From contig DOYA01000058.1 in the NCBI GenBank assembly GCA_003518755.1, positions 1-27,928 of the forward strand: DNA of 27,928 nucleotides. The letters run 5' to 3'. A program made the position numbers and the translations under genes. The notes beneath the pieces are model-generated. The model saw nothing but the letters and a program-made list of their open reading frames with translations. It had not been told where the DNA came from and ran no database searches. This stretch comes from Clostridiales bacterium (GTDB taxonomy: Bacteria > Bacillota > Clostridia > TANB77 > CAG-508). Of this stretch, positions 10,452-20,583 are shown piece by piece (position 1 is the stretch's first letter; every line of letters starts with the position of its first letter).

Positions 10452-10495
10452 AAGCAAGTGATTGGTTGTAAATCACTTGCTTTTATGTTAAAATA
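10452..10495 (+). promoter_or_regulatory. Hairpin-overlapped extended -10 promoter, copy 2 (candidate promoter of the array)
   Basis: AAGCAAGTGATT...AATCACTTGCTT; TTGTAA(10466)-17-TAAAAT(10489) with TG. Confidence 0.7.
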
Positions 10496-10560
10496 ATGAG
10501 GATGATGATATTGAGATTATATAAACATATGAAAATTATAAATAAAAGGAGAATTGATAA

Positions 10561-11568
10561 ATGGACAATAATGATTTATTTATATATAAAAACAGTGAAG
10601 GTAATATTATTGTAGATGCCATATTTAAAGATGAAACATTATGGCTAACTCAAAAAGGAATGTCAAAAGTTTTTGATTGTAGTACAGATAATATTTCTTT
10701 ACATCTAAAGAATATTTTTAAAGATAACGAACTAGATGAAAATTCAGTTGTCGAGGATTCCTCGGTAACTGCTTCTGACGGAAAAAATTATAAAACAAAA
10801 ATATATAATTTAGATGCAATTATTGCTGTTGGATATAGAGTTAATTCAAAAAAAGCAACTGAATTTAGAATTTGGGCAACAAAGATTTTAAAAGAATATA
10901 TGACTAAAGGATTTGCCTTAAATGATGAAAGATTTATTAGAGGGAATAAATATGATAGCAAATATTTTGATGAATTACTAGAAAGAATTAAAGCTATTCG
11001 AGTTAGCGAAAGAATGGCATATCAAAAAATAACAGATTTATTTATTGCAACATCAACTGACTACAATCCGAAGTCAGAAGAAGCATATACATTTTTTAAG
11101 ATAGTACAAAACAAATTACATTTTGCTATTTCCGGACATACTGCTGCTGAACTTATTTATAATAGAGCAGATTCAAATAAAGAACATATGGGACTAACTA
11201 ATTGGAAAAATTCTCCTGATGGTTTAATATATAAATATGATGTAAGCATTGCTAAAAATTATTTAAATAAAGAAGAACTAGAAAGATTAAACGACCTAAC
11301 AAATATATTTTTAGTCTTTGCAGAAGATGAAGCTAAAGAAAGACATGTTATGACAATGCAAGATTGGATAAATGCAACCGATGATTTACTAAAATTTAGA
11401 AGAAAGAAAATTTTAGATAATTCTGGAAATATTTCACATAAACAAGCAGTAGAAAAAGCAGAAAACGAATATGAAAAATATAGAGTAATACAAGATCAAA
11501 ATTATATTTCTTCAATGGATGAATTCTATAATAAATATTTAGAAGAAAATAAAAATGATTGTAATTGA
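10561..11568 (+). CDS. Virulence RhuM family protein
   Basis: ETLWLTQKGM, YNLDAIIAVGYRVNSKKATEFRIWAT, IRVSER, VQNKLHFA. Confidence 0.9.
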   Translation: MDNNDLFIYKNSEGNIIVDAIFKDETLWLTQKGMSKVFDCSTDNISLHLKNIFKDNELDENSVVEDSSVTASDGKNYKTKIYNLDAIIAVGYRVNSKKATEFRIWATKILKEYMTKGFALNDERFIRGNKYDSKYFDELLERIKAIRVSERMAYQKITDLFIATSTDYNPKSEEAYTFFKIVQNKLHFAISGHTAAELIYNRADSNKEHMGLTNWKNSPDGLIYKYDVSIAKNYLNKEELERLNDLTNIFLVFAEDEAKERHVMTMQDWINATDDLLKFRRKKILDNSGNISHKQAVEKAENEYEKYRVIQDQNYISSMDEFYNKYLEENKNDCN

Positions 11569-11579
11569 AAGGAAAAATT

Positions 11580-11861
11580 ATGAAACATTATATTATAGTA
11601 AAATTTTATAATGAATTTAATTATTTACAACAAATGAAAGAAATAACAGACTTATTTAATGAAACTTTAAAAATAGATGGTGTTAATAGAATAAATATAT
11701 ATATTTCTAATTCAAAGTTAAGTAATAGATATGATTTAATGATAAAAATGGAATTAACATCTATAGCATTAAATGAATATGACAATTCATGGATACATAA
11801 AAAATGGAAAGATGAATATGGAAAATATATAGAAAATAAAACAATATTTGATTGTGATTAA
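11580..11861 (+). CDS. Small Dabb-like (stress-responsive A/B barrel) protein
   Basis: MKHYIIVKF...YDLMI...Y...H...KTIFD pattern; AAAGGA RBS. Confidence 0.6.
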   Translation: MKHYIIVKFYNEFNYLQQMKEITDLFNETLKIDGVNRINIYISNSKLSNRYDLMIKMELTSIALNEYDNSWIHKKWKDEYGKYIENKTIFDCD

Positions 11862-11871
11862 TTTAATATAA

Positions 11872-12000
11872 AAGGAGCGATTAAAGTGTCAAACGAAGAA
11901 AAGTTAACTAAAGTTGAAATTAACTGCGAGAAACCAATTTATATAAACATTGACTCAACCCATTGAAAATACCGGATTTTTAATATTGAGATTTTTACAT
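11872..12000 (+). repeat. rbgA-5'/arm junction J1 (MSNEEKLTKVEINC + arm)
   Basis: AAGGAG, GTG 11886, ATTAACTG, arm with CATTGAAAATAC ending GAGATTTTTACAT. Confidence 0.85.
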
Positions 12001-12037
12001 ATTTAGTAAAAAAATATTTTTAATAGAGGAAAAATAT

Positions 12038-12919
12038 ATGAAAAAAGAATATATTTATGCAATAATTTCAGTTATACTATGGTCAACAACAGCAACTGTT
12101 ACAAAACTTCTATTAGGAAATTTAGATAGTATGCAGATTTTATTATTAGGTTCGCTGTTTGCTATTATACTTTTATTTATAGTAAATTGCATTAAAGGAA
12201 ATTTAAAAGAAATAAAAAATTACAAATTAAAAGATTACTTTAAAATTTTTATAATAGGAATTTTAGGGACCTTTTTATATAATTTGTTTTTATATTTAGG
12301 AATAAACACTATGCAAGCTTCACAAGCATTTATAATTAATTATTTATGGCCTATTATGACTGTGATTTTTGCTTGTTTGATTTTAAAAGAAAAAATAACT
12401 TATAGAAAAATAATAGCAATTATAATATCTTTTGTTGGAGTTATAATTGTATCTTCAAATGGTAATTTGCTTAATATAGAAAAAAATAGTATTATAGGAA
12501 CAATTTATTGTATTTTAGCAGCAATATCATATGGACTATTTTCTGTATTAAATAAAAAACAAAATTATAATAAATTTACAAGTATGATGCTCTTTTATTT
12601 AAGCTCTTTTTGTATTTCATTAATTTACTGTCTATGTGCAAAAAAGACATTTATACCTGAAACGAATCAACTTTTAGGTTTATTATGGATAGGAATATTC
12701 ACATCAGCTATTGCTTTTACATCATGGGCACTTGCGTTAGAAAATGGAGATACGGCAAGAATATCTAATATTGCATATATAACACCATTTATTTCACTAG
12801 TATGGACTAGTGTAATATTAAGAGAGAAATTAAGTATATATTCAATTATAGGTTTAATTATAATCATTTTAGGAATTCTTATTCAAATGAAGAACAATAA
12901 AAAAGAGGTGGAATTATGA
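12038..12919 (+). CDS. DMT/EamA family transporter
   Basis: Two EamA repeats, ~10 TM; NYLWPI...ILKEK, YITPF...LREK. Confidence 0.9.
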   Translation: MKKEYIYAIISVILWSTTATVTKLLLGNLDSMQILLLGSLFAIILLFIVNCIKGNLKEIKNYKLKDYFKIFIIGILGTFLYNLFLYLGINTMQASQAFIINYLWPIMTVIFACLILKEKITYRKIIAIIISFVGVIIVSSNGNLLNIEKNSIIGTIYCILAAISYGLFSVLNKKQNYNKFTSMMLFYLSSFCISLIYCLCAKKTFIPETNQLLGLLWIGIFTSAIAFTSWALALENGDTARISNIAYITPFISLVWTSVILREKLSIYSIIGLIIIILGILIQMKNNKKEVEL

Positions 12920-13020
12920 ATAATGAAAATAAAATTAATATAAACTGCTAAAAACCAATTTATAGAAATTTTCATAAAACTATTGTAAATAATGGATTTT
13001 TGATAATGAGATTTTTACAT
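12904..13020 (+). repeat. Junction J2 (MNNENKININC + arm)
   Basis: GAGGTG, ATG 12916, ATAAACTG, arm ending GAGATTTTTACAT; arm most like J1. Confidence 0.85.
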
Positions 13021-13096
13021 TTTTAATAAAAAAATATTATAATATGTACGGAATAGTAAAAATACGTTGAATGAGATAATAAAAAGGAGATTTATA

Positions 13097-13780
13097 ATGG
13101 CTGACAAATTAGATGCAGTGGAGATGAATCTGCAAAATTATATAAAATTAAATATATTTCCAAAGTATGATAAATATTATTCACATGGGATGATACATAT
13201 TAATCATGTAATTAATAATATGATGATGTTAGCAGATTATTACAATTTAGATAAAAACATGGCATATGTTATAGCAAGTTATCATGACATAGGTTTGAAT
13301 GTAAATAGAGAAAATCATGAGTATGAATCAGGAAAAATTTTAGAAAATGATACAGAATTAAAAAAATATTTTACATGTGAACAAATTGAAATAATGAAAC
13401 AGGCAGTTGAAGATCATAGAGGATCTAGAAAAACAAAACCAAGAAATATTTATGGAGAATGTGTATCAGACTCTGACAGGGATTTTGACATAAAAATTCA
13501 TATAAAAAGACAGATTGCAACCTCAATTAAAAATTATCCTCAAAAAAAATCTTTTGAGGAACAATTTGAAAATTGTTATGAATATGCTTGCAAAAGAATT
13601 AATGATAATGGGAAATTCAATTTATGGACAAATAATCCTAAGTTAGTTGAAAAAAGAGATAAATTTCAAAAGGATTTTTTAAATAAAGAATATGCAAAAT
13701 CACTTTATAAAGAAGAATGGGATAGAATTTCAAAAGATGGAACAATGGAGAAAATAATAAATTATTATGAAGATTATTAG
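13097..13780 (+). CDS. HD domain phosphohydrolase
   Basis: HGMIH...YHDIG...NHE...DHR...DSD; AAGGAG RBS before ATG 13097. Confidence 0.85.
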   Translation: MADKLDAVEMNLQNYIKLNIFPKYDKYYSHGMIHINHVINNMMMLADYYNLDKNMAYVIASYHDIGLNVNRENHEYESGKILENDTELKKYFTCEQIEIMKQAVEDHRGSRKTKPRNIYGECVSDSDRDFDIKIHIKRQIATSIKNYPQKKSFEEQFENCYEYACKRINDNGKFNLWTNNPKLVEKRDKFQKDFLNKEYAKSLYKEEWDRISKDGTMEKIINYYEDY

Positions 13781-13781
13781 A

Positions 13782-13911
13782 GAAAGCGAGTATTGTGAAG
13801 GTAAAAAAGAAAAGTTGCCAAGTACAAACATTAACTGCGATACGTGGATTTTAGGAAAACTACATTCAAACCATTGAAAATACTGATTTTTTAACTTTGA
13901 GATTTTTACAT
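13782..13911 (+). repeat. Junction J3 (degenerate start; ..KKEKLPSTNINC + arm)
   Basis: AAAGTTGCCAAGTACAAACATTAACTG; arm most like J11. Confidence 0.85.
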
Positions 13912-13943
13912 ATTTTGATAATAATAGAAATTTTGGAGGAAAA

Positions 13944-15341
13944 ATGAATAGAGAACAAATTTATAATAAACTACAGGGGATGTACAATGAATTTACTTCT
14001 TTAATACTAACTAATACTATTTTGGAGTATCAAGAATTATTTGAGGAAAAGTATTATAATACAGATAAAGTTATAGAAAGTTTAATGGAAGTTATTCCTA
14101 AAGGAATAGTTATATATGATGATAAAGATGAAAAGTTTGATGCAATTTGTGCAATATCTTCTGGTGAGTTTAAAGTAGGGAAAAGCATTTTAAATGAAAA
14201 AGACTATTTTAATTATGTCTTTTTTCATGAATTTATACATGCTATATCGTATAAAAGGCATAATAATGTGCAATTTATGGGATTTTATACAATAGAAAAA
14301 GATGAAGATTATGAGTTTAAATCAAAAGCTTTTAATGAAGCTTTTACAGAGTTTATAACTTTAAAAAGAAATAAAATGTTTAATTATGAACCAGAAAACA
14401 AATATTTATCTGGATATGATGTCGGAGCACATGAGATAGAAATAATAACAAAAATTATTCCAGAAGAAGAATTAATAGATTCATATTTTAATTATCCAAA
14501 TCAATTAGAAGAAGTTTTCAAAAAATATAAAATGAATATTGATGAGATATTCTATTGCTTTTATGCACTTGAAGGAATGGAAAATGAAGTAAATGCCCTA
14601 GAAACAAGAAGAGGTTTAGAGAAGCCACAAAACATCTTTAAAATAATTGATGCAGAAAGGTATTTATACTATAATTTATTGGATTCATTTGGTGAAATAG
14701 AGAGTAAGGTAGAATTTGATAATAAGTGGGTAATACTATTAAGTGAGTTAAACTTTAAATATAATTTTTATAATATTGATGGAATATTTAGATATGGAGA
14801 ATTATGTAGAGATATTGATAAATTGAACTTAGAAAAGGAGGATTTTATTGAAAAGAAAATTTCAATAGAAAAGATAAATAAATATAGATTACTAAATTCA
14901 ATTTTTAACACGGAAGATAAAAAAAGTATATTAAATGAACTATATAATATTTATAGTGAAGACTTTGATAAGTATTGGGAATTGTTTAAAGATGAGTTTG
15001 CTATTTTAGCATATACATTTTTAGATAATATAAAAAACAATTACCAATTATACGATATTGAGATTTATCCGAGAGTATTTAAATATATCAAAAATGAGAA
15101 TGCTGATATAAAAGAGGTTGATTTTGAAAAAGTAAGTTGCGAAGAAGAGAATATTAAATTCTATATATTTAATATAAATAACAATAAGTATATAGAGAGT
15201 AATTATGATGACACATTTATATTTAAAATCAATAATGATGAATTTGAAGTAAAATATGGTAATGAATCAGGTATATTAAATATAAAAAATGGCACATATG
15301 AAATTAATAACAAAAAATTTTTAGTTAAAAAATTGTATTAA
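13944..15341 (+). CDS. Hypothetical protein with zinc-metallopeptidase (gluzincin-like) motif
   Basis: HEFIH followed by NEAFTE; GGAGG RBS. Confidence 0.65.
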   Translation: MNREQIYNKLQGMYNEFTSLILTNTILEYQELFEEKYYNTDKVIESLMEVIPKGIVIYDDKDEKFDAICAISSGEFKVGKSILNEKDYFNYVFFHEFIHAISYKRHNNVQFMGFYTIEKDEDYEFKSKAFNEAFTEFITLKRNKMFNYEPENKYLSGYDVGAHEIEIITKIIPEEELIDSYFNYPNQLEEVFKKYKMNIDEIFYCFYALEGMENEVNALETRRGLEKPQNIFKIIDAERYLYYNLLDSFGEIESKVEFDNKWVILLSELNFKYNFYNIDGIFRYGELCRDIDKLNLEKEDFIEKKISIEKINKYRLLNSIFNTEDKKSILNELYNIYSEDFDKYWELFKDEFAILAYTFLDNIKNNYQLYDIEIYPRVFKYIKNENADIKEVDFEKVSCEEENIKFYIFNINNNKYIESNYDDTFIFKINNDEFEVKYGNESGILNIKNGTYEINNKKFLVKKLY

Positions 15342-15355
15342 TATAAACAGCTGAA

Positions 15356-15487
15356 AGGAAAGTGAGTAATATGGAAGATAAAAAAGAAAGGTTGCCAAGC
15401 ACAAACATTAACTGGGATATAACGATTTAAAGACAACTTTTAGAAAGTGCTGATAAATAAGGACTTTTGTATTTTGTCATATTACAT
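15356..15487 (+). repeat. Junction J4 (MEDKKERLPSTNINW + divergent arm)
   Basis: AGGAAAGTGAG, ATG 15371, ATTAACTGG GAT; arm ends ATATTACAT at the same spacing. Confidence 0.85.
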
Positions 15488-15522
15488 ATTTTAATAAAAA
15501 TGAAAAAAGGAGATGATAGAAA

Positions 15523-16548
15523 TTGGCAAAAGATTTGATTATTAGAAGCAGTGCAGAAGAATTTATTACATTTAAAGTCCAAGAAAAAGATAAAGGGATT
15601 CAAGTTAGATATGAAAACGAAAATTTATGGATGACTCAAAAAGCAATTGCAGAATTGTTCGATGTTCAAAGACCTGCTATTACAAAACATTTAAATAATA
15701 TATTTAATGAAAATGAATTAGATAAAAATTCAGTATGTTCCAAAATGGAACATACTGCTGAAGATGGAAAAAAATATCAAACAGAGTATTATAATTTAGA
15801 TGCTATTATTTCAGTAGGATATAGAGTCAATTCCTTAAGAGCCACGCAATTTAGAAGATGGGCTACGAATATTTTAAAAACTTTTACAATACAAGGTTAT
15901 GTATTAGATAAAGAAAGAATGAAAAATGGCTCATTTATAGATAAAGACTATTTTGAAAAATTACTTGAAGATATAAGAGAAATAAGATTATCTGAAAGAA
16001 GATTTTATCAGAAAGTTACAGATATATATGCAACAAGTATAGATTATGATCCAAAATCTCCCATAACAATTAATTTCTTCAAAAAAGTACAAAACAAAAT
16101 GCATTATGCAATATCAAAACAAACTGCCGCTGAAATTATTTATGATAGAGCAGATTCAGAAAAAGAAAACATGGGATTAACTAATTGGAGAAATTCACCA
16201 AATGGAAAAATAACAGAATCAGATGTTGTTATTGCAAAAAACTATTTATCAAAAGATGAATTAGAAGATTTAGAAAGAATAGTCAATGCTTTTCTAGAAA
16301 TTGCAGAAAATAGAGCAAGAAGACATATTCCAATGACTATGGAAGATTGGGCAACAAGAATTGATAAGTTTTTGCTAGCAGACGATAGAGATATATTAAA
16401 AGACGCAGGAAAAATATCACATGAGATTGCTTGTGACAAAGCTTTAACTGAATTTGAAAAATATAGAGCGAAACAGGATAAGTTATATAAATCAGATTTT
16501 GATTTATTAATTGAAGAAACAGAAAAAAATAATAGTAAAAAAGTCTAA
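15523..16548 (+). CDS. Virulence RhuM family protein (second paralog)
   Basis: LWMTQKAIAELF, YNLDAIISVGYRVNSLRATQFRRWAT, IRLSERRFYQK. Confidence 0.9.
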   Translation: MAKDLIIRSSAEEFITFKVQEKDKGIQVRYENENLWMTQKAIAELFDVQRPAITKHLNNIFNENELDKNSVCSKMEHTAEDGKKYQTEYYNLDAIISVGYRVNSLRATQFRRWATNILKTFTIQGYVLDKERMKNGSFIDKDYFEKLLEDIREIRLSERRFYQKVTDIYATSIDYDPKSPITINFFKKVQNKMHYAISKQTAAEIIYDRADSEKENMGLTNWRNSPNGKITESDVVIAKNYLSKDELEDLERIVNAFLEIAENRARRHIPMTMEDWATRIDKFLLADDRDILKDAGKISHEIACDKALTEFEKYRAKQDKLYKSDFDLLIEETEKNNSKKV

Positions 16549-16571
16549 CTTTTATAAAAAGAGGTGAAATT

Positions 16572-17300
16572 ATGAAAGAAAATAAAATAGCATTAGTAAC
16601 TGGTGGAACTAGTGGAATAGGAAAAGAAATAGTCAAAGAATTATTAGATAAAGATTGTATAACTATCACTTGTTATCATAATAACGAAAATGCTGCAAAT
16701 AAAACTAAAGAAGAATTAAATAGTGATAAATTATTAGTAATTAAATGTGATGTTAGTAATGAAAATGAAGTTATTCAAATGTTTAATATTATAAAAGAAA
16801 AATATGGTCATATTGATTATTTAGTAAATAATGCAGGAACATTTATTGATAACTATATTAAAGATTTTAATATAGATGATTTTAAAAAAGTAATAGATAT
16901 TAATTTAATTGGAAAAGTAATGTGTACTAAGTATGCTTATCCAATTATGAATGATGGTGGATCTATAGTAAATATTTCATCACATTTAGGAGTGGTACCA
17001 TGTACTGAATCCCCTGCATATTGTGCAGCAGCAGCCGGTATAATAAATTTTACTAAAGCTACTGCACTAGAGTATGCAGATAAAAAGATAAGAGCAAATA
17101 GTATTTGCCCAGGATTTACTCCAACACCTTTATCACTTAGAGGTTGGAAACAAGAAGAAATAGATCAAAAATTAAAAAATACACCTTTGGATAGATTTGC
17201 AACTCCAGAAGACACAGCTAAGTTATGTATATTCTTACTTTCTAATGATGCAAGTTTTATAACAGGTGAAAATATCTGGATAAATGGTGGTAGAATATAA
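16572..17300 (+). CDS. SDR family NAD(P)-dependent oxidoreductase
   Basis: TGGTSGIG, NNAG, NISS; YxxxK replaced by YCAAA. Confidence 0.88.
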   Translation: MKENKIALVTGGTSGIGKEIVKELLDKDCITITCYHNNENAANKTKEELNSDKLLVIKCDVSNENEVIQMFNIIKEKYGHIDYLVNNAGTFIDNYIKDFNIDDFKKVIDINLIGKVMCTKYAYPIMNDGGSIVNISSHLGVVPCTESPAYCAAAAGIINFTKATALEYADKKIRANSICPGFTPTPLSLRGWKQEEIDQKLKNTPLDRFATPEDTAKLCIFLLSNDASFITGENIWINGGRI

Positions 17301-17303
17301 TTA

Positions 17304-17418
17304 AAGGTGTTGATCTAAATGAACGAAAATAAAACTAATATAAACAGGGATAGTGAGACAAATATACAACATCTTGTAACTCTTGATATAAGCGACTTTT
17401 AAAAAATAAATCTTGCAT
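17304..17418 (+). repeat. Junction J5 (MNENKTNINR + type-B arm)
   Basis: AAGGTGTTGATCTAAATGAACGAAAATAAAACTAATATAAAC matches the rbgA start; arm TTGATATAAGCGACTTT...TCTTGCAT. Confidence 0.85.
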
Positions 17419-17428
17419 AATTTAGTAA

Positions 17429-17716
17429 AATTCGAAATTTAATTTTGTCGAATTAATCGGGTTTAGAAAAAAGTGCAGGACTTCTAAAAAGTGGAGAGAG
17501 CTTAATCCTGATTTAGCTAAAAATTCAAATGTTAGAGATTATGCTTCAATAAATGAATTGACAGTTTTATCAAATTTAGAATCACATAATGCTGAGTTAA
17601 TAAAAGAAGGAAAAAGCAAGGAAGAGAGATTTGAAATTTTAAATGAAATTGCAAAATATCAATTAGAGATATTAAATAATGCTGAAAAAATAAAACTATT
17701 AGAAATTGGAAAATAA
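17429..17716 (+). pseudogene. Deleted remnant of a KilA-N domain-containing protein gene
   Basis: 17480-17716 reads TSKKWRELNPDLAKNSNVRDYASINELTVLSNLESHNAELI...*, resembling the C-terminus of Firmicute KilA-N proteins; upstream FNFVE..FRK/SAG fragment; no start. Confidence 0.6.
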
Positions 17717-17730
17717 AGAGGAGTAGAGTT

Positions 17731-18177
17731 ATGGGAATAATTTCATTAGCAAGTGGAAGCTCATGTTGGAGAGGACTAGATTATTATAAGAATAAAAAGG
17801 TTATTAAATTAAATAAAATAAATGAAGGTGAGTATGAAAGTGTTGTAAAAGGAACTGATAATTACAATGTTCACTTAGACATTGAACATCCAAGAAAATC
17901 AACTTGCGATTGTCTGTTGGCTAATGGAAAAAGAATAATTTGTAAACATATAGTTGCTACATATTTTAAAGCTTTTCCAAATAAAGCAGTTGATTTCGAA
18001 GAAGAACAAGAAAGATTACAAGAAGAATATGAAAAAGAACAAGAAGAGGAATACGACAAAGCAATCGAATGTCTAAATAAAATGTCAAAACAAGAATTGA
18101 TTAATGAATTAATTCAGGTGTTTGACTACGGACCTGAGTGGATATATAATGATTTTGTAAAAAGAAATTTATATTAA
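17731..18177 (+). CDS. SWIM zinc-finger protein
   Basis: RGLDYY...V.GT..Y.V...CDC...CKH. Confidence 0.85.
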   Translation: MGIISLASGSSCWRGLDYYKNKKVIKLNKINEGEYESVVKGTDNYNVHLDIEHPRKSTCDCLLANGKRIICKHIVATYFKAFPNKAVDFEEEQERLQEEYEKEQEEEYDKAIECLNKMSKQELINELIQVFDYGPEWIYNDFVKRNLY

Positions 18178-18187
18178 AAATTATAAT

Positions 18188-18321
18188 AAGGAAAGTGAGA
18201 AATATGGAAGATAAAAAAGAAAAGTTGCCAAGTACAAGGATTCAGTGGGATATCCGTATTTTTCGAAAGGTGGACTCAAACCATTGAAAATAGTCATTTT
18301 TTAACATTGAGATTTTTACAT
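18188..18321 (+). repeat. Junction J6 (MEDKKEKLPSTRIQW + arm)
   Basis: ATG 18204; ATTCAGTGG GATATCCG; ends GAGATTTTTACAT. Confidence 0.87.
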
Positions 18322-18429
18322 GTTTATTAAAAATTTGGAATAAATAGTAACACTGTATAATAAATGATATAATTCGTAATGGATTTGATTCGATAATATA
18401 AATTTAACTATGAATATGGAGATTGAAAT

Positions 18430-19260
18430 ATGGATGGTTTTTATGTAGGAGATATAATTGGTAATTCATATACTCATGAAAATGAAAAATATAATTTAAA
18501 AACAAAGAATTTTAAATTATTTACAGATAGAAGTAAATTTTCAGATGATACTATTCTATCATTTGCAACTATATATTGGTTATTATATACTAATCATAAA
18601 CCAAATGAAATGATAGATGTATTAAAACAGTTTTTTAAAAAATATCCAGATAGAAATCCTACAATATATGGAGAATCATTTGTAAACTGGATTACAAACA
18701 CCAAGTATAATTTTAGAAAATCATCAGGAAATGGTGGTGCAATGAGATCATCTGTTATTGGTTGGTTTGCATCCGACATGGAAGAACTTAGAGACTTAAT
18801 ATATAATGCAATAATGCCAACACATAATGACAAAAGAGCAATAATAGCATCAGAAATTGTTGCAGTTTCTATATTTTTATTAAAAAATAATTACACAAAA
18901 GAACAATTAATTTCATATATAGAAAAAGAATATGATTACAATTTACACGAAGAAATGAAATCATATAAAAATAAATATACATATACATCAGATGCAAAAG
19001 AGACTGTGAGACCTGCATTGGTTGCCTTTATAAATTCAACAAGCTATGAAGATAGTATTAGAAATGCAGTATCTTTTGGTGGGGATACGGATACCATTAC
19101 GACAATTAATTCTTCAATAGCAGAGGCTTATTATAAAAAAATACCAAGAGATATTTTAAATAATGCAATAAAGTTTTTACCAGATGAATTTTTATTACTG
19201 TTAAAGGATTATAAGGTCAGTTGTAAAAAGAAAAACAATAAAAGAGTAGAAGGAAAGTGA
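18430..19260 (+). CDS. ADP-ribosylglycohydrolase family protein
   Basis: GDIIG, SDDT, GNGGAMR, THN and GGDTDT motifs. Confidence 0.9.
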   Translation: MDGFYVGDIIGNSYTHENEKYNLKTKNFKLFTDRSKFSDDTILSFATIYWLLYTNHKPNEMIDVLKQFFKKYPDRNPTIYGESFVNWITNTKYNFRKSSGNGGAMRSSVIGWFASDMEELRDLIYNAIMPTHNDKRAIIASEIVAVSIFLLKNNYTKEQLISYIEKEYDYNLHEEMKSYKNKYTYTSDAKETVRPALVAFINSTSYEDSIRNAVSFGGDTDTITTINSSIAEAYYKKIPRDILNNAIKFLPDEFLLLLKDYKVSCKKKNNKRVEGK

Positions 19261-19383
19261 ATAATATGGAAGATAAAAAAGAAAAGTTGCCAAGTACAAG
19301 GATTCAGTGCGATATCCGTATTTTTCGAAAGGCTAGCTCAAGCCATTGAAAATACTGAATTTTTGCTGTTGAGATTTTTACAT
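19251..19383 (+). repeat. Junction J7 (MEDKKEKLPSTRIQC + arm)
   Basis: ATG 19266; near-identical to J6. Confidence 0.87.
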
Positions 19384-19454
19384 ATTTTAAAAATCTAGAA
19401 AAATAAAGGTGATAGATAAATAGTAAGTTATGAAAGGATAGGTTAAGAACGATT

Positions 19455-19850
19455 ATGAAAAAAATAATTGATTTATTGGCTGGAGCGGGAAGCCATAAAG
19501 ATGAAAAATTATTAGACTATGTTAGAAGAAATTATCTAATAAGTAAGAATGTAACCAATATTTGTTTTGTTACAGGTGTAAACGATAACAACGGAATTCA
19601 TACACAGATTACTGCTGATGAATTAAGAAAACTAGCTTTTGAGAAGAACGACAAAGAAACAATATATTTTCTTAGGTCATTTTTCTTCTCAGATGATTGG
19701 GAAGGCTATACCAAAGTAATAGAAGAAATGTGTGAAAACAACATACAAATTTTTAAGACAGATTCCAAAGCTGAACACTTATCGAGTATCGATGCATGGA
19801 GAAAAAAATATGTTACATTTTTAAGTTTAGATGATATTGAAAAGCAATAG
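19455..19850 (+). CDS. Hypothetical protein
   Basis: 131-aa ORF between junctions; no recognised motif. Confidence 0.65.
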   Translation: MKKIIDLLAGAGSHKDEKLLDYVRRNYLISKNVTNICFVTGVNDNNGIHTQITADELRKLAFEKNDKETIYFLRSFFFSDDWEGYTKVIEEMCENNIQIFKTDSKAEHLSSIDAWRKKYVTFLSLDDIEKQ

Positions 19851-19855
19851 TTTAT

Positions 19856-19880
19856 ATTGAAAACACTGATTTAATAAAAA
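19856..19880 (+). repeat. Vestigial junction arm
   Basis: ATTGAAAACACTGATTT(AATAAAAA) vs arm core ATTGAAAATACTGATTT. Confidence 0.5.
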
Positions 19881-19902
19881 ATATAATAAAGAGGTAAGAA
19901 AA

Positions 19903-20436
19903 ATGTATTTATATGTAGTAAGACATGGACAAACAGAATGGAATGTTTTGAAAAAAATGCAAGGCTCTGCAGATATAGAATTAAATGAAAAAGGTTTAGC
20001 ACAAGCAAATACTACAGCTGATATGCTAAAGAGTTCAACGTTTGATATTATTTTTTGTTCACCTTTGAAAAGAGCTAAACAGACAGCAGAATTAATTAAT
20101 AGTAAAAGAGGACTTAATGTTGTTTTTGATGATAGATTAAAAGAAAGAAATTATGGAGAATTTGAAGGAACAAGTAAATCAGCATTTGACTATAACGAAT
20201 TTTGGTCATATCAAAAGAATGTGAAATATGAAAAAGCAGAAAATGTTCAAGAGTTTTTTAAAAGAATATATGACTTTTTAGATGACATAACTTCAAAAGA
20301 ATATAACAATATTTTAATAGTTTGTCATGCGGGAGTAGAAAAAGCTATTGAATGTTATTTTAAAGGATTAATGCCTGACGATAAAATTGGTCCATTTTTA
20401 CCAGATAATGCAAGTGTGTTAAAATATAAAAAGTAA
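19903..20436 (+). CDS. Histidine phosphatase family protein
   Basis: RHGQTEWN, SPLKRA, ERNYG, HAG. Confidence 0.92.
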   Translation: MYLYVVRHGQTEWNVLKKMQGSADIELNEKGLAQANTTADMLKSSTFDIIFCSPLKRAKQTAELINSKRGLNVVFDDRLKERNYGEFEGTSKSAFDYNEFWSYQKNVKYEKAENVQEFFKRIYDFLDDITSKEYNNILIVCHAGVEKAIECYFKGLMPDDKIGPFLPDNASVLKYKK

Positions 20437-20550
20437 GGAGTTGATCCAAATGAATGAAAATAAAACTAATATAAACTGGGATAGTGGGGCAAATAGACAT
20501 CTTTCTTTAACTATTGATATAAGCGACTTTCAAAAAAATACATCTTGCAT
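20435..20550 (+). repeat. Junction J8 (MNENKTNINW + type-B arm)
   Basis: 20435-20479 is 44/45 identical to rbgA 24863-24907, then diverges (GATAGTGGGGC vs TACCCAGGTC). Confidence 0.92.
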
Positions 20551-20583
20551 ATTTTAACAAAAAAGCAATTATTATAGCTAAAA

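Noticed and set aside
8835..19405. XerD-arm-like TTATGTTAAA (promoter repeats) and TTTACATA (junction ends) as dif sites
   Set aside because: No matching XerC arm at 6-bp spacing; AT-rich matches are likely by chance or explained by the -10 box.
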